Part shown: positions 24,151 to 37,800 of the stretch, in pieces
Position numbering within the stretch: position 1 is the stretch's first letter
Layout of the letters: every line of letters starts with the position of its first letter
From: Raja brachyura
Taxonomy: Eukaryota
Length of the DNA stretch: 64,000 nucleotides
Direction of reading: 5' to 3'
Assembly (NCBI GenBank): GCA_963514005.1
Contig: OY740804.1
Span: 4,836,001-4,900,000 of the forward strand
Notes under the pieces: generated by a model
Told to the model about the DNA's origin: nothing
The model's database searches: none
What the model saw: only the letters and a program-made list of their open reading frames with translations
Translations under genes and position numbers: made by a program

Positions 24151-27100
24151 ATAAGTAAAATATCATCTTAACACCTCAACCATGACTCCAATGGTATTTT
24201 TAATGGTGTTAAGGTTGGTAACAATTGATAATTGTTAAGGTTAACACCATTGATGAGCAGAGGGATCTTTCGGTTCATATCCCCGACTCTCTGGAAGTGG
24301 TAACACAAGTAGATAGATTGGTAAAAAAAGGATTGAAGGAAATAACAGGAAAGGTATTGTAAATGTTATCCAGGATATCACATTTTGTTCAAATAATTCA
24401 ATACGTTACCTGACCTAGAAACTATCACCTGGGAATAGAACTACTTAGAGACATAGTCATGGCCTCACGGCGCAGTAACAGGCCCTTCTGTTATAGTTTA
24501 GAGACACAGCACGGAAACAGGCCCTTCGGCCCACCGAGTCCGTGCCCACCAGCATACACTAGCACTGTCGTACACACTAGGGACAATTTACAATTTTTAT
24601 CAAAGCCAATTAACCGACAAACCTGTACGTCTTTGTAGTGCGGGCGGAACCCTGAGCACCCGGAGAAACCCACATAGGTCACGGGGAGAACGTACAAACT
24701 GTGTACTGACAGCATCCGTAGTCAGGATCAAACCCGGGTCTCTGATGCTGTAAAGCAGTCACTCCACCGCTGCGCCATCGTGTCACCCTGGCTGTTCCCT
24801 GATGCCGGGGCTGTCCTTCACACCACAGCCTCTAGGCTCCACTATCTATTATTTTCCCTCTGACAGCAGCAACAAATTCACATGCTTGAAAAGAGAGGAA
24901 ACTGTCCAACAATTGGACTAGAAAATGTGAAATATTATTATCACAGTGCAAATGCTGCTGATTACTGCAAATCTAGTATCTTCCTCCCTCTCCTGGTGTA
25001 GTGAAGAGATGTCAGCTGGAACAGCTCCGTAATCTCATTGTTCATGGGGACTGCCGACATGGGAATCCCAGTACATGTCCAACTAAGTACTGTTGGTGGA
25101 GTGATGACGGAATATATACCAGTCATTTATTGACTCATTCACAACTTGTGGCAGAGCCAAATGTCCGTTTTGAATTGCACTTGACTTTAATAGTTTGTCC
25201 GGCTTTTTCACATCAATAATGTCATTGATTTGTTTGTGCCTATGATTTAGTTTTTACTGAAGGATATTAGTGAAAGATGGATTTACATGACAACTTTGTG
25301 GTTTAATTGTTACTATGAGTGATATGGGCATTTAAAAAACAATATTCATGTTTTTCATTTGGAAATAGACTTGACTTTGTAATAATTCCAGCTTTTAGAA
25401 ATATTGATCTTGGACAGATCTTGGATCTTGGAACTTGGGCGGCACGGTGGCACAGCGGTAGAGTTGCTGCCTCACAGCGCCAGAGACTCGGGTTCGATAC
25501 TGACTACGGATGCTGTCTGTACAGAGTTTGTACATTCTCCCTGTGACCTATGTGGGTTTCTCCGGGTGCTCAGGGTTCCTCCCACACTCCAAAGAAATAC
25601 AGGTTTGTCGGTTTGTAGGTTTTCTCCGAGATCTTCGGTTTCCTTTCACACTTTAAGACGTACAGGTTTATAGGTTAGTTGTCTTGGTATAAATGTAATT
25701 TGTCCCTAGTGTGTGTAGGATAGTGTTAATGTGCGGGGGTCACTGGTCGGCATGGACTAGGTGGGCTGAATGGCCTGTATCTGCTATATCTCTAAACTAA
25801 ACTAAACTAGACAGCATTAATAGTACGGGGCAGGAAATCGATAAATTAATTTGTTTAGAGGAAATCATATTCAAAAATTTGATAGATTCTGGTAAAATTA
25901 CAGATAAAGTTGATGAAGGTAATGAAGTTAATGTATAAATGAGCTTCCAGATGGTTTTAATAACAGGATAAATGACAGATATCAGGAATAAAAGTAAAGT
26001 TGAACAACATGAAGAACATAAAAGGTGCATTTATGGATAGGAACACCACGTGGTGCCACCAGTATTGGCTGCCTCGCCAACAGTCTGTCTGTCCTTTCTT
26101 CTTGGTGTTATTTTTAGAATGTGTTGAAAGTATGTTTTAGTGTTCCTTGGTTTGTTTTATGTGGGGGAAACTTTTTTTCAATCTCTTAACTCGACGGAGA
26201 TGCGGTTTGTATCCGTATCGTGTCTCCGTCCCCACTTTGGGCTAACATCGTGGAGTTGGCGGCCTTTCCTGGAGACGGACGGGCGCTCCAAGCCGTGGGA
26301 GACTGCGGGACTTTAACATCGCGAAGCTTGAGATCCCTTTGCCGGGGATCGTAGCTCCAACCGCAGGGCCTGTGGAATTTAACATCGTGAAGCCCGCGGT
26401 CTCTGGATATCAATGCTGCGGAGAGAGTTTCAACCGCCCCAAAGCAGGAGTTTCGATCACTCCAACGGGGGCTTCGATCGCCGGATACGGAGGCTTTGAT
26501 TGCCTTGACTGCGGATGGTTTGACTGCCCCGACCACGGGAGAACAAAGAGGAAGAAGATTGAAATGTATTGCCTTCCATCACAGTGAGGAATGTGGAATC
26601 CACTGTGATGGATGTTGATGTTAACTTTTATATAGTTGTGAGTCTTGTAGCTTTTCACTTAGTATGGCTGTATGGTAACTCGAATTTCACTGTACCTTAA
26701 TTGGTACATGTGACAGTAAACTCGCCTTGAAACCTTGAAGATGGTTAAGCATCATACGACAGAGGAAAGACACTGAAAACTGGGGTAACAGTGGGTCAGA
26801 CAGCATCTCTGGGGAAAAGGAATAGGTGATGTTTTAGGTCGAGACCCGTCATCCGACAGACTCAGGGTAAAGGGGACCCAGACTCGCTACTACAGAGGAA
26901 TATGGGTGATTGGCCGTTTACTGAGCTGGAGGAAGGTAAATAGTGAGATTGGTGTTGGCTTTTTAAAAATCGATATGTGACCTAGACTTGGACTTGCAAG
27001 TCACAAGTTTGAAATGAGCTGATGATGCAAAATGAAATAGCATTGTGAACTGCAATCCAGGATGTTGTTGAGTTTTGGGAGTACATAGACTTGCTGGCGG

Positions 27101-27325
27101 AATGGACAGACATATGGCAGAAGGTAGACATAAAAAGCTGGAGTAACTCAGCGGGTCAGACGGCATCTCTGGAGAAAAGGAATAGATTATGTTTTGGGTC
27201 GAGACGCTTCTTCAGAGTGAAAGTCAAGGGAAATGGAAACGAGAGATATAGATGGTGATATGGAGAGATATAGAACAAATGAATGAAAGAAATGCAAGAA
27301 AGTAACGATGATAAAGGAGACTGGC

Positions 27326-27528
27326 TATTGTGAGCTGTGGTCTAGTTAAACAAACCAGTGTTAGCTGTGGTCTACATGGAAAAAAAGATGTTAGCTGTAG
27401 TCGAGATGTGAAAAAACATTGTTAGCTCTGGTCTATGTGAAAAAAAACATTGTCAGCTGTGGTTTTGGTGAAAACCATGTTCGTGTGGGCTGGATGAAAA
27501 CATTTGTTAGCTGTGGTCTAGGTGAAAC
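27326..27528. repeat. Degenerate ~29-bp tandem repeat, about 7 copies
   Basis: Unit approximately ttgttagctgtggtctaggtgaaaa. Confidence 0.75.
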
Positions 27529-28061
27529 CAACATCTGCAGTTCCTTCCTTGACATGGCAGATTCATTCATTGCAGAGAAATGAGGTGATAAATGTTGAAT
27601 ACTTATGGGCAATATAGAATATTGTTACTTCAGCATTTTGTGTCCATCTTCGGTTTAAACCAGCATCTGCAGTTCCTTCCCACACAGATACTATTTGAAG
27701 AACGGTTGTGACCATCGGGTGGTGCCACGCACTAGCAGCCTTGCTAGCAGCTGTCCGTCCTTTCGGGTTGTTTTGTTTTTAGTTTGTCACCATCTTTGTC
27801 AACAAAACTCTCTACCTCTCGCAGCGACCAGCGTTCACGGAAGGCCCCCCATGTCCTCGTGGATACCACGTGTTCCCAAGCCAATTAACCAATTTACCAA
27901 GCCAATTAACCTACAAACCTCTACGTCTTTGGAGTGTCGTGTAAAATCGAAGATTTTACACGACACTCCGCGGGCGAAAACCGCGGGAGAACGACTGGGA
28001 ACGGCTCCGGTAGCGTTTAAAAGGTCCGTGACGTCATCAGGCGCGCGACTTTTTCAAGAAA

Positions 28062-29147
28062 ATGATGTCTCGCTCCCCCCCCGGAAAAAAACCTGGAAAA
28101 AGGGAAATAGGCCCGACTGGTGCCCTGGGCTCGAGTCTGGCTGCTTCCCAAGAAGAGATTTCACAGAGGAAAGCTGAATTGGAGGACCTCAAAGTTAATA
28201 TCCTAGGTGAGATGAAGAAATTACTTAAAGATAATAAGAAGGATTATAAAGAGGATATTAAAAATTTAAGGGCTGATATTCTAGTGTTTCATGAAAGAAT
28301 TAAAGAAGATTTAAAAAATGAAGTTATAGAAACGGTAAAAATTATGATGAACGAGTGGAAAGAAAAGGCTGACGCTGAGTTACAAAAACAAATGGTGGAG
28401 ATAAAAGACGCAGCTGCTGGTATGGAAAGAATGCTGGATGATAAGATTGATCCTATTATAATTACGCTCGACCAACAAAAAGAGACAATTAAAGAGCTAA
28501 CGGAGATGGCTGCATTAAACACCAAGGAGAGAGAGAAACTCCACTCCGAGAACAAACGTCTATCAGAATTATTACGCAAAATAAATGAGAAATGTATCGA
28601 TCTGGAGGGACGTCAACGGCGTAAGAATTTGCGTATAGTTGGTTTGAGCGAGGGTCGCGAGGGAAATCAAGACCCTCGAAAATTTGCTGCAAAACTACTG
28701 AAGGATATTTTGAATCTGGATCAAGAACCCCTGTTGGGCCGTGCACACAGGGCATTAAGGCGGGCTCCCAGGAGGGATGCACCCCCAAGACAAATGATTG
28801 TAAAGGTGGTTTACGATCATGCTTTTGAAGAAATGATGAAGATAATAATACGCAAGAAAAATTTTAAGTATGAAGGAGATAATATCAGTATCTTCAGAGA
28901 TTATCCGGCGGAAGTGGCCAAGAGAAGATCCTTATTCACAGAAACAAGAGGTGTTCTGAGGAATCTGAAGGATACGAAGGATCTGAGATATGGCTTGATG
29001 TACCCAGCAACATTAAGAGTAACCTACAACAACAAAGAGTTCCGTTTCGTGAAGCATACTGTAGCACTGGAATTCGCCCGAAAAATACAGAATGAAACAG
29101 AAGAGGAAGAAGAACAAGTGGATCAAGACCAAGAAGATGATGGCTGA
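28062..29147 (+). CDS. L1 ORF1p (coiled coil, RRM, CTD)
   Basis: LEGRQRRKNLRIVGL, RAHR, IFRDY, YPATLRV. Confidence 0.93.
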   Translation: MMSRSPPGKKPGKREIGPTGALGSSLAASQEEISQRKAELEDLKVNILGEMKKLLKDNKKDYKEDIKNLRADILVFHERIKEDLKNEVIETVKIMMNEWKEKADAELQKQMVEIKDAAAGMERMLDDKIDPIIITLDQQKETIKELTEMAALNTKEREKLHSENKRLSELLRKINEKCIDLEGRQRRKNLRIVGLSEGREGNQDPRKFAAKLLKDILNLDQEPLLGRAHRALRRAPRRDAPPRQMIVKVVYDHAFEEMMKIIIRKKNFKYEGDNISIFRDYPAEVAKRRSLFTETRGVLRNLKDTKDLRYGLMYPATLRVTYNNKEFRFVKHTVALEFARKIQNETEEEEEQVDQDQEDDG

Positions 29148-29730
29148 ACTTTTATGACCCATCCGCGGTTATGAATCATTATGGAGAAGGAGGATGAATA
29201 TTGGACATGGACTTAAATTTTGGTTTAAAGAGAGATGGACAGATTACTGTGTTATCTACCCATATAAAATGGCAATTATTCACCTAACATAGTATTATCT
29301 ACCCCCCCCTAACATAGTATTACTAATTAGAATAGTAATTATAATAGTCACTAATAATATGAATTATTACTAAGTATACAAATTTAGTACCCTACCCCAA
29401 AATATATAGCATTTAAGATTGGAGCTGGAATTATTAACATCTTTTTTTTTACGGAAGTCAGTAGATTAGTAGCCACGTTAGTGTGGCTTGCACTAACACA
29501 CACTACACTCTATATAGGTGTAGTTATTTTTTTTTCTGAGCACTTTACTAACACTTTTCAACTCACTTTCACTCACACTTTTTATTATTTTAGGTATATT
29601 AGATATTTGATTTTATATTATACAGTATATGAAAATATTTACGATTGGTATTATATAGTCAGTTCAAAGAGACGTGTATATGAAATAGAAAGACGTACAC
29701 TAATTTTCGTCAACCCAAGGTCTGGTTACA

Positions 29731-32700
29731 ATGTTGAGTTGTACGGGCCGGGACGGTTATTCCAATATAAACCACCTTAATAGTAAAATGCAAGATACTA
29801 ATGGGAAGATTGGGGGTAATGGAATCACCTTCTGTAGTTGGAATGTTAAGGGAGTTAATGAGCCAATTAAAAGAGGTAAGGTGTTAGCTCAATTAAACAG
29901 ATTGAAGTCTAACGTCTCTTTTCTTCAAGAGACCCACCTTAAAAAAGATGCTCGACACAGACTAACAGCTAAATGGATTTCGAAAGTGTATCACTCCTCA
30001 TTTATACATAAATCTAGAGGGGTTGCAATAATCATTCGTAAAGGTATACCTTTCAAACTAAGTTCTATAATAGAGGATACAGAAGGTCGGTATGTAATAA
30101 TTACAGGGGAATTATATTCTAAAAAAGTAACTCTAATGAATATATATGCCCCTAACTTTGATAACCCATTATTTTTTAAGAAAATATTTAATAATATCCC
30201 TATAGCTGCAGAACATAACTTAATAATTGGAGGAGATTTTAATTGTACTTTGGATAATTATTTAGATAGATCGTCAACTGAAAGTAAATCTATTTCTAAG
30301 TCAAGCATACTTATAAATTCCTTTATTAGTACAGCAAACGTTAAGGATATCTGGAGAATAGATAATCCAATAGGACGAGAATATTCTTTTTTCTCACCTG
30401 TATTCGGAACTTACTCGAGAATAGACTATTTTTTAATAGATTCAAAATTACTTCCATTTACATATGATTCAAAATATCATAATATTATTATTTCAGATCA
30501 CGCTCCATTAACTTTTAAGATAAAATTAAAAGATATAATTATAAAATCTAATAATTGGAGGTTTAATCCCGAAATATTAAAGGATAAGGCTTGTTATGAT
30601 TATCTGGTAAAACAGATTAAATTATTCTTTGAAACTAATGACAAACCTGAAGTTTCACCATCATTACTTTGGGATACATTTAAAGCATTTACGCGCGGAG
30701 CTATAATATCGGCACAAGCATACTTTAATAAAGAAAATAGAAAGACGGAACAAAACTTGGAAAAAGAGATAAAACAATTAGATATGGAGAATACAAAACA
30801 GCCCTCTAAATTGTTAAGTAATAAAATTGCAATATTAAAATATAAACTAAATAAAATATATTCCAATCAAGTAATTAAACTTTATCAACAAACTAAACAA
30901 GTGCACTTTGAATTTGGAGATAAACCGCAAAAATTGTTGGCTCGACAACTTAGAAAGCGAGAGGACGAAAAAATGATACATAGAATTAGATCTGAGAATG
31001 GCAATATATCGACCTTACCAAAAGATATCAATGATATATTTTTACAATATTATCAAAGTCTTTATTCATCAAAAATAACAGGACAAATGGATGAAATGGA
31101 TACATTTCTACAAAAATGTAATATTAACAGCTTAGATCAGGGAGGTAGAGACTTGTTAAATGCGGATATATCAATAAAAGATATTGAGGAGTCAATCGGA
31201 TCATTAAATAATGGAAAAGCAGCGGGCCCGGATGGCCTGAGTACAGAATTTTATAAGAAATTTCAAGATCTGATCTCCCCAAGATTACATGCAGTGTATA
31301 AATATACATATGAACAAGGAAAATTGCCGGAATCCCTAAATGAATCTACAATTACACTAATTCCTAAGGTTGACAAGGACTTGGAAGACCCAGGATCATA
31401 TAGAGCAATTGCTCTTTTAAATACAGATCAAAAAATTTTAGCTAAAGTTTTATCACGAAGATTAAGTTTGGTGATTACTAAAATAATACATCATGATCAA
31501 ACAGGTTTTATCCCAAAGCGTTACTCATCTTATAATTTGAGACGATTATTTAATATCATATATTCAAAAAGAGTTGGGGATAGGGATTTAGCTGTTATGT
31601 CCTTAGATGCAGAAAAAGCATTCGATCAGGTTGAATGGCCATATTTATTTAGAATAATGGAGAAATTCCAATTGGGGGATAGATTTTGTAAATGGATAAG
31701 AATTCTATATTCGAATCCCACTGCAAGAATATTAACTAACCAAATATTGTCAGCTAAATTTAAGCTTCATAGGGGTTGTAGACAAGGATGTCCGCTGTCG
31801 CCTTTGTTATTCGCTATGGTGATAGAACCTTTAGCTGAAAGGATTAGATCTGAACCAGAAATATATGGATATAATACTGATACTACAACTAATAAAATAT
31901 CTTTATATGCAGATGATGTATTAATTTATATTACAAAACCAGAGATCAGTATACCCAAGCTATTTAATGTTATAACTAAATTTGGCAGATTTTCTGGATA
32001 TAGAATTAACTGGAATAAAAGTGAGATTATGCCTATAACCGGAATAAGATCAAATATATTGCAACAATATCCACTAAAAATAGTTACGGATAAATTTAAA
32101 TATTTAGGTATTAATGTATCTAAATCCTATAACTCATTAATTAAATCTAATTATCCCCTATTATTAGATAAACTTAGAAAAAATATTTTATACTGGAAAA
32201 CACTTCCTATATCTATGATTGGTAGAATAAATGCTATAAAAATGATCTTTTTACCACAACTGCTATATTTGTTTCAAGCTATTCCTTTCTATCTCCCAAA
32301 GAGTTTTTAAAAAAAAATTGATAACATTGTCAATAGTTTTATTTGGGATTATAAAAATCATAGAATAAGTAAAAAACATTTATGTAAATCAAAAATAAAT
32401 GGAGGATTAGCACTTCCAAATTTTTTGTACTATTTTTGGGCAGTCCAGATTAAGAATATGAATTTTTGGTGGGTAAATTTGGACTACGAACCAACGTGGT
32501 TAAAGATGGAAAAGGAAGATTGTTTACCTTTTAATGTAAGTTCAATTCTTTTTGCGCCAAGAGAAATACAAAATAAAATTTATAGGAACAACCCTATAAT
32601 TCATAGCAATAGACGTATTTGGAAACAAATAGTTAAGACTTTATGTTTGGATAATTTGTCACTTAAACTACCAATTATGAATAACCCTTTATTTAAACCC

Positions 32701-33576
32701 TCTATATTAGATAGGGGGTTTAGACAATGGGAGGATTTAGGAATTTATAGGATTGAACATCTGTATAGAAAGGGAAAATTTCTTTTATTTCATGAGTTAC
32801 AAGAAATTTATGGGTTACCACCACATAATTTGTTTAGGTATCTACAAATTAGAGATTATATTAAGTCTAACACACAAGATTATAAAATTAAAGAACCAGG
32901 ATTATTAGATGAAGTATTTAATAAACATCCAAATTCAGAAAAATTTATAGCTTATATATATAATCTTATTTTGGATAGGGAGAATCCAACAACAGAAATA
33001 TACCGTCAAGCATGGGAAAATGAAATTGGTTTATCTATAACAAAAGAATCTTGGGAAGAAAGTTTACAACGCATACATCGCTGTTCATTAAATGCGAGGC
33101 ATACATTGATACAATTTAAAGTTTTATATAGGTTACATTATTCAAAAACCAAATTAAATAGAATTTTTCCTAATGTCTCTCCTATTTGTGATAAATGTCA
33201 GAATTTAGAGGCTAATTTAATACATAGTTTTGTAACGTGTTCAAAACTTAGTTATTATTGGACAGAAATCTTTAGAGTTATATCTGAAGTTCTTAGAGTT
33301 AAACTGGATCCAGAACCAAAGTTAATAATATTAGGAATTCCGGACTCACAATGCGTATTAACAGTAAATCAAAGAATTTTCTTAGATTACTGTTTGATAA
33401 TAGGGAAAAAAATAATATTGAAATTTTGGAAGGGAACATTAACCCCCATAATTAAAATGTGGACAGCAGAGATGTTGGAGACTTTGTATTTGGAAAGAAT
33501 CAGATTTGTCCTAATGGACAAATGTGAAATCTTTGAACAAATATGGTCTCCATATATACAATATTTGAAGGGCTAG
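29731..33576 (+). CDS. L1 ORF2p (APE endonuclease, RT, CCHC) with one in-frame TAA at 32308-32310
   Basis: SWNVKG, LQETH, GGDFN, SDH; RQGCPLSP, YADD; CDKC...HSFVTC; ORFs 29731 and 32425 share a frame. Confidence 0.92.
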
Positions 33577-34037
33577 CTGTTCTTGGCATTACTACTCAAT
33601 GGGTACTAGACAGGATTTGACGAAAAAAATATGGATTTTCTAATTGGGTTTTGTGTACACGTCTCCGCAATACGACGTTATAATTACAATACATTTTGTT
33701 GTTTCTATCTTAAATATTCATATTATACCATATATTGTTCATAAAGGGGAATTATATATATATACTGAATAGATATATACTAAGTAGTGTTGGTTTTCTT
33801 TTTCTTTTTTTTTCTCTTTGACTTTTTATCTTTGTTTATTATTCAAACACAATCATTTTCTTTCTTTTTTTTTGATTTAAAGTCTATTCCTTTTTTCTTA
33901 TTCTTTCTTTATTTCTAAAAAACAGAAGATAATAATAGCGAATATGTTAGTTGTACATTTACTGAATTACGTTGGTATTTGTAAATTTGTTTTACTACTT
34001 GGAAATTACTATAACTAATAAAAATATTATTAACAGG

Positions 34038-34068
<31 letters not shown>

Positions 34069-34824
34069 GAAGATCTTGGAGAAAAGATCTCCCCGTGGTC
34101 ACGGGGAGAATGTACAAATTTTGTACAGACAGCACCCATAGTCAGGATCGAACCCGGGTCTCTGGCGCTGTAAGGTCGCAATGCTGCCGTTGTGCCACCG
34201 TGTCGCCCCGAGGGATCAGAGGGGCATTTAATGAGGATGTGTTGTCGCAAGGGACAGATCATTCTGAGCATCGTTGATGTAATTTAGGAGAATTCTATCC
34301 CCTGAGTAAAAGATGTCCCACACATCAGCTTCACTGCTGTCCTGACCTCTCATCTACATCATTGGAAATCTTTGAGATGTCTTTAATCGGACTTTACCAG
34401 ACTTCAGTGATTTAGAGCCATAAAGAATGATGTTATGTTAACCCGTTTTCTTATCCACTGCCGAAAAGCAAGGGGCAATTTGCAGAAGACAATTAACCTA
34501 CAAACCCTCACGTCTTTGGGATGTGGATGGAAACCGGAGCACCTGGAGGAAACTCACGTTGTCGCAGGGAGAATGTACAAACTCCACGCGGTCAGGATTG
34601 AACCTGGGTCTCTGGCGCTGTGAGGCAGCAGCTCTACAAGCTGTCCCATCCCGAATGCCACCCTTGTTGATGTTGATGGGGTTTGATGAAGAAGGATGCA
34701 TAGAGATTGGCGTTTAGTATTAACGTTGGAGTGGACTAGTGGGGCTGAATGGCCTGTGTTATGCTACATAATATTAGTTTCTATATTCTCAAACATTCAG
34801 ACAATTCACACTTCACATCCTTAC

Positions 34825-34871
34825 CTGGGTTTCATTCTTATCTTCTCTGTGAGATCTCTTGTCTTTCGATT
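34825..34871 (-). CDS. 47-nt exon, duplicate copy 1 (SKDKRSHREDKNETQ)
   Basis: Same splice signals as 40696-40742. Confidence 0.55.
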
Positions 34872-37800
34872 CTAGAAAATACATCAATATTGAAAGGACC
34901 ACATCAGAAACATATTTAAACTCATGTTCATAAGTTCATTAGTGATAGGAGCAGAATTAGTCCATTCGGCCCATCCAGTCTACTCCACCATTCAATCATG
35001 GCTGACCTATCTGTCCCTCTCAACCCTTTGCTCCTCCCTTCTTCCCATAACCTCTGGCATCCGTACTAATCAAGAATCTATCAATTTCCGCATTAAAAAT
35101 ATTCATTGATTTGGCCTCCACAGCCTTCAGTGGCAATGAATTCCACAGATTCACCAACCTCTGACTAAAGAAATTCCTCCTCATCTCCTTTCGAAATGTA
35201 TGTCCTTTTATTCTGGGGCTGTGGCCTCTGGTCCTAAATCTCCTAGTGGAAACATCCTCTTCACATCCATTCTCTCCTGGCCATGTGTTGTACACAAACC
35301 TTATATATTTATTACAATCGATGCTAAGCTAGAAACTAATTTTTGTGTCAGTTTTAGTTCTACTTTGACTTTTATGTTTAGATATACAGCGCGGAAACAG
35401 GCCCTTTGGCCCATCGAGTCAGCGCTGACCAACAACCACCCCTACACTAGGTCTATCTTACACACTAGAGCCAATTTACAGAAGCCAACTAACCTAGTAT
35501 GTTAGTTTAGTTTATTGTCACGTGTAACATAGTTAACCATATAACCATATATTTAACCATATAACCAACTAACAATGTAAAGATATGGTCTTTGGGATTA
35601 CATTAAAACCTACAAACCTGCACGTATTTGGAATATGGGAGGAAACCCACGTGGTCAGAGGGGCAACATACAAACTCAGTGCAGACAGCACCCGATGCCA
35701 GGATCAAACCTGGGTCTCTGTAGCTGTAAGGCAGCAACTCTACCACTATGCCACTATGCCTACCATTTGGAATTTGTATTTTTCCTTGATTTTAAACATC
35801 TCCATCAGATCACTTTGCAACCTTCTCTGTTCTCAGGAGATCAATTGTTCGCTGTTCACTGATCAATATTGCACCAGACTGAAGTCCTTCACTCCTAAGT
35901 TACTTTTTCTAAATCCCTTCTGTACCCCTCTAACAATTTCACAACCTTCCTAAAGTGGTGCCCACAATTGTGACCAAACTCATATTTTATAAATGGAGGT
36001 ACACGAGACTGTAGATGCTGGAATCTGAAGCAAGAAGGTATCCTGGTGCAGTCGAGACCCAAAATGTCGACAATGTATTTCTGCGTGTAGACTCTGCTTA
36101 ACCCATTGAGTGCCTTGAGCAGTTTTTTGGCTCTTATATGTTTCATAAAGTTTCATAAAAATTCATATTCTATGTATCAGAGATAATTCCTTTTTTTCAA
36201 TCAATGTCCCGATCTGCTCTGGAACTTTCAAGGAACTTGGCTATTAAACATTCTGCAGAAGCCTTGTTTTTGGACCTTCCAGTTTGTATTGTTACTTGCA
36301 ATACTGACCATAAAATAAGTCTGAAGAAGGGTCTCGACCCGAAACATCGCCTATTCCTTCGCTCCATAAATGCTGCCTCACCCGCTGAGTTTCTCCAGCA
36401 TTTCTGTCTACCTTCGATTTTGCCAGCATCTACAGTTCTTTGTTAAACATAATGTAATGCGTTCCCTTTTTTATTATTAAATTTTATTGGCCAAACAATA
36501 AACGTATGAAGCAACTTATAAAAAATAGGAAGGAACAATTGTTTGTTAATGTTCTAAAGTGTGGATGTGATGATGCAAACATAACTGCTTGCTCTTTTTG
36601 TAAACAAGCTTTTGCAGTTAATTTTTTCTATTTGTTCTCCAGGCATGCTGTCTAACCCACTGAGTTACTCCAGCACTTTGTGTCTTTTGTGTAAACCAGT
36701 ATCTTCGGTTTCTTGTTTCTACATTTTGACGGGACTGAAGAAGGGCCCCGACTCGAAACATCACCCTATCTATGTTATAGATTCTGTAGATGCACCGTAT
36801 CCCACCATTGAGCCATCTACACCTCACGATGCCTCCAGAAAGCAGACAACATAATTAAGGACCTTTTTCACCCCAGCTGTCCCCTCTTCTCCCTTCTCCC
36901 ATCAAGGCAGAAGATATAAATCTTGAAATTATACTCCACCTGTTTCACAAACAGCTTCTTCAAACCTATTGGAAATCAACACGAGGGTGTGATGTAAGAG
37001 ACTTTTAGATAAGTACAGGGATATGGATTATGTGCAGGCAGATAAGGGTTTGTTCAGGGCAAGCACTACCAGAGGGGGGGCAACGAGTGCCATTTGGCAT
37101 GGGCCTCATGCCTGTCTGCTTCAAAGGGATCTTGATTTGGGGGCCTCTAAAATTGAGGGGCTTCTGCTTGAAATTGAAATTGGCCTGGGCCTCAGTACAT
37201 CTATGAGATGGCCTGGTTCCTGGCATTATGTTCGGCACGGACATTGTGGGCCGAGGGCTTGTTCCTGTCATGTTTAGTCTAGTTTAAAGATACAGCATGG
37301 AAACATGCCCTTTGCCCCACTAAGTTCGCTCTGACCGGCAATCACCCATACACTAGTTCTATCGTGCACACTAGGTACAATTTACAGAAGCCAATTAATC
37401 TACAAACCTGCACGACTTTGGAATGTGGGAGGAAACCAGAGCACCCAGAGAATACCCACGCGGTCACAGGGAGAACGTACAATCTCCGTAGTCAGGATTG
37501 ATACCAGGTGTCTGGCAGCAACTCTACCGCTGTGTCACTGTGCCACCCTGCCTCAAGAAAGCAGCCAACATAATAAAGGACCTTTTTCACTGCAGTCATC
37601 CTCTCCAATCACTCTTTTGTCCATGATAACAATGAAGCATATATTTGCACTTTGCACAAGGACTAGACTATATCAAATATATATTTAGCACTAATTGTTA
37701 GTTTACATTTTGAAGCTTTTTGTTAGTTAGTTAGCTAGTTAAGTTTATTGTCACTCATAAGTCGCTCAGCTCTTCCTCTTCATTGCAAAATAACGTTTAA

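Larger units (their letters stand above)
27970..34066 (+). mobile_element. Full-length young L1 LINE
   Basis: 5' UTR, ORF1, spacer, ORF2, AATAAA at 34017, poly(A) 34038-34066, 12-bp TSD aaaatcgaagat (27943-27954 and 34063-34074). Confidence 0.96.

Noticed and set aside
27326-27528. CRISPR-like spaced repeats
   Set aside because: Eukaryotic context, degenerate tandem units without unique spacers, no cas genes
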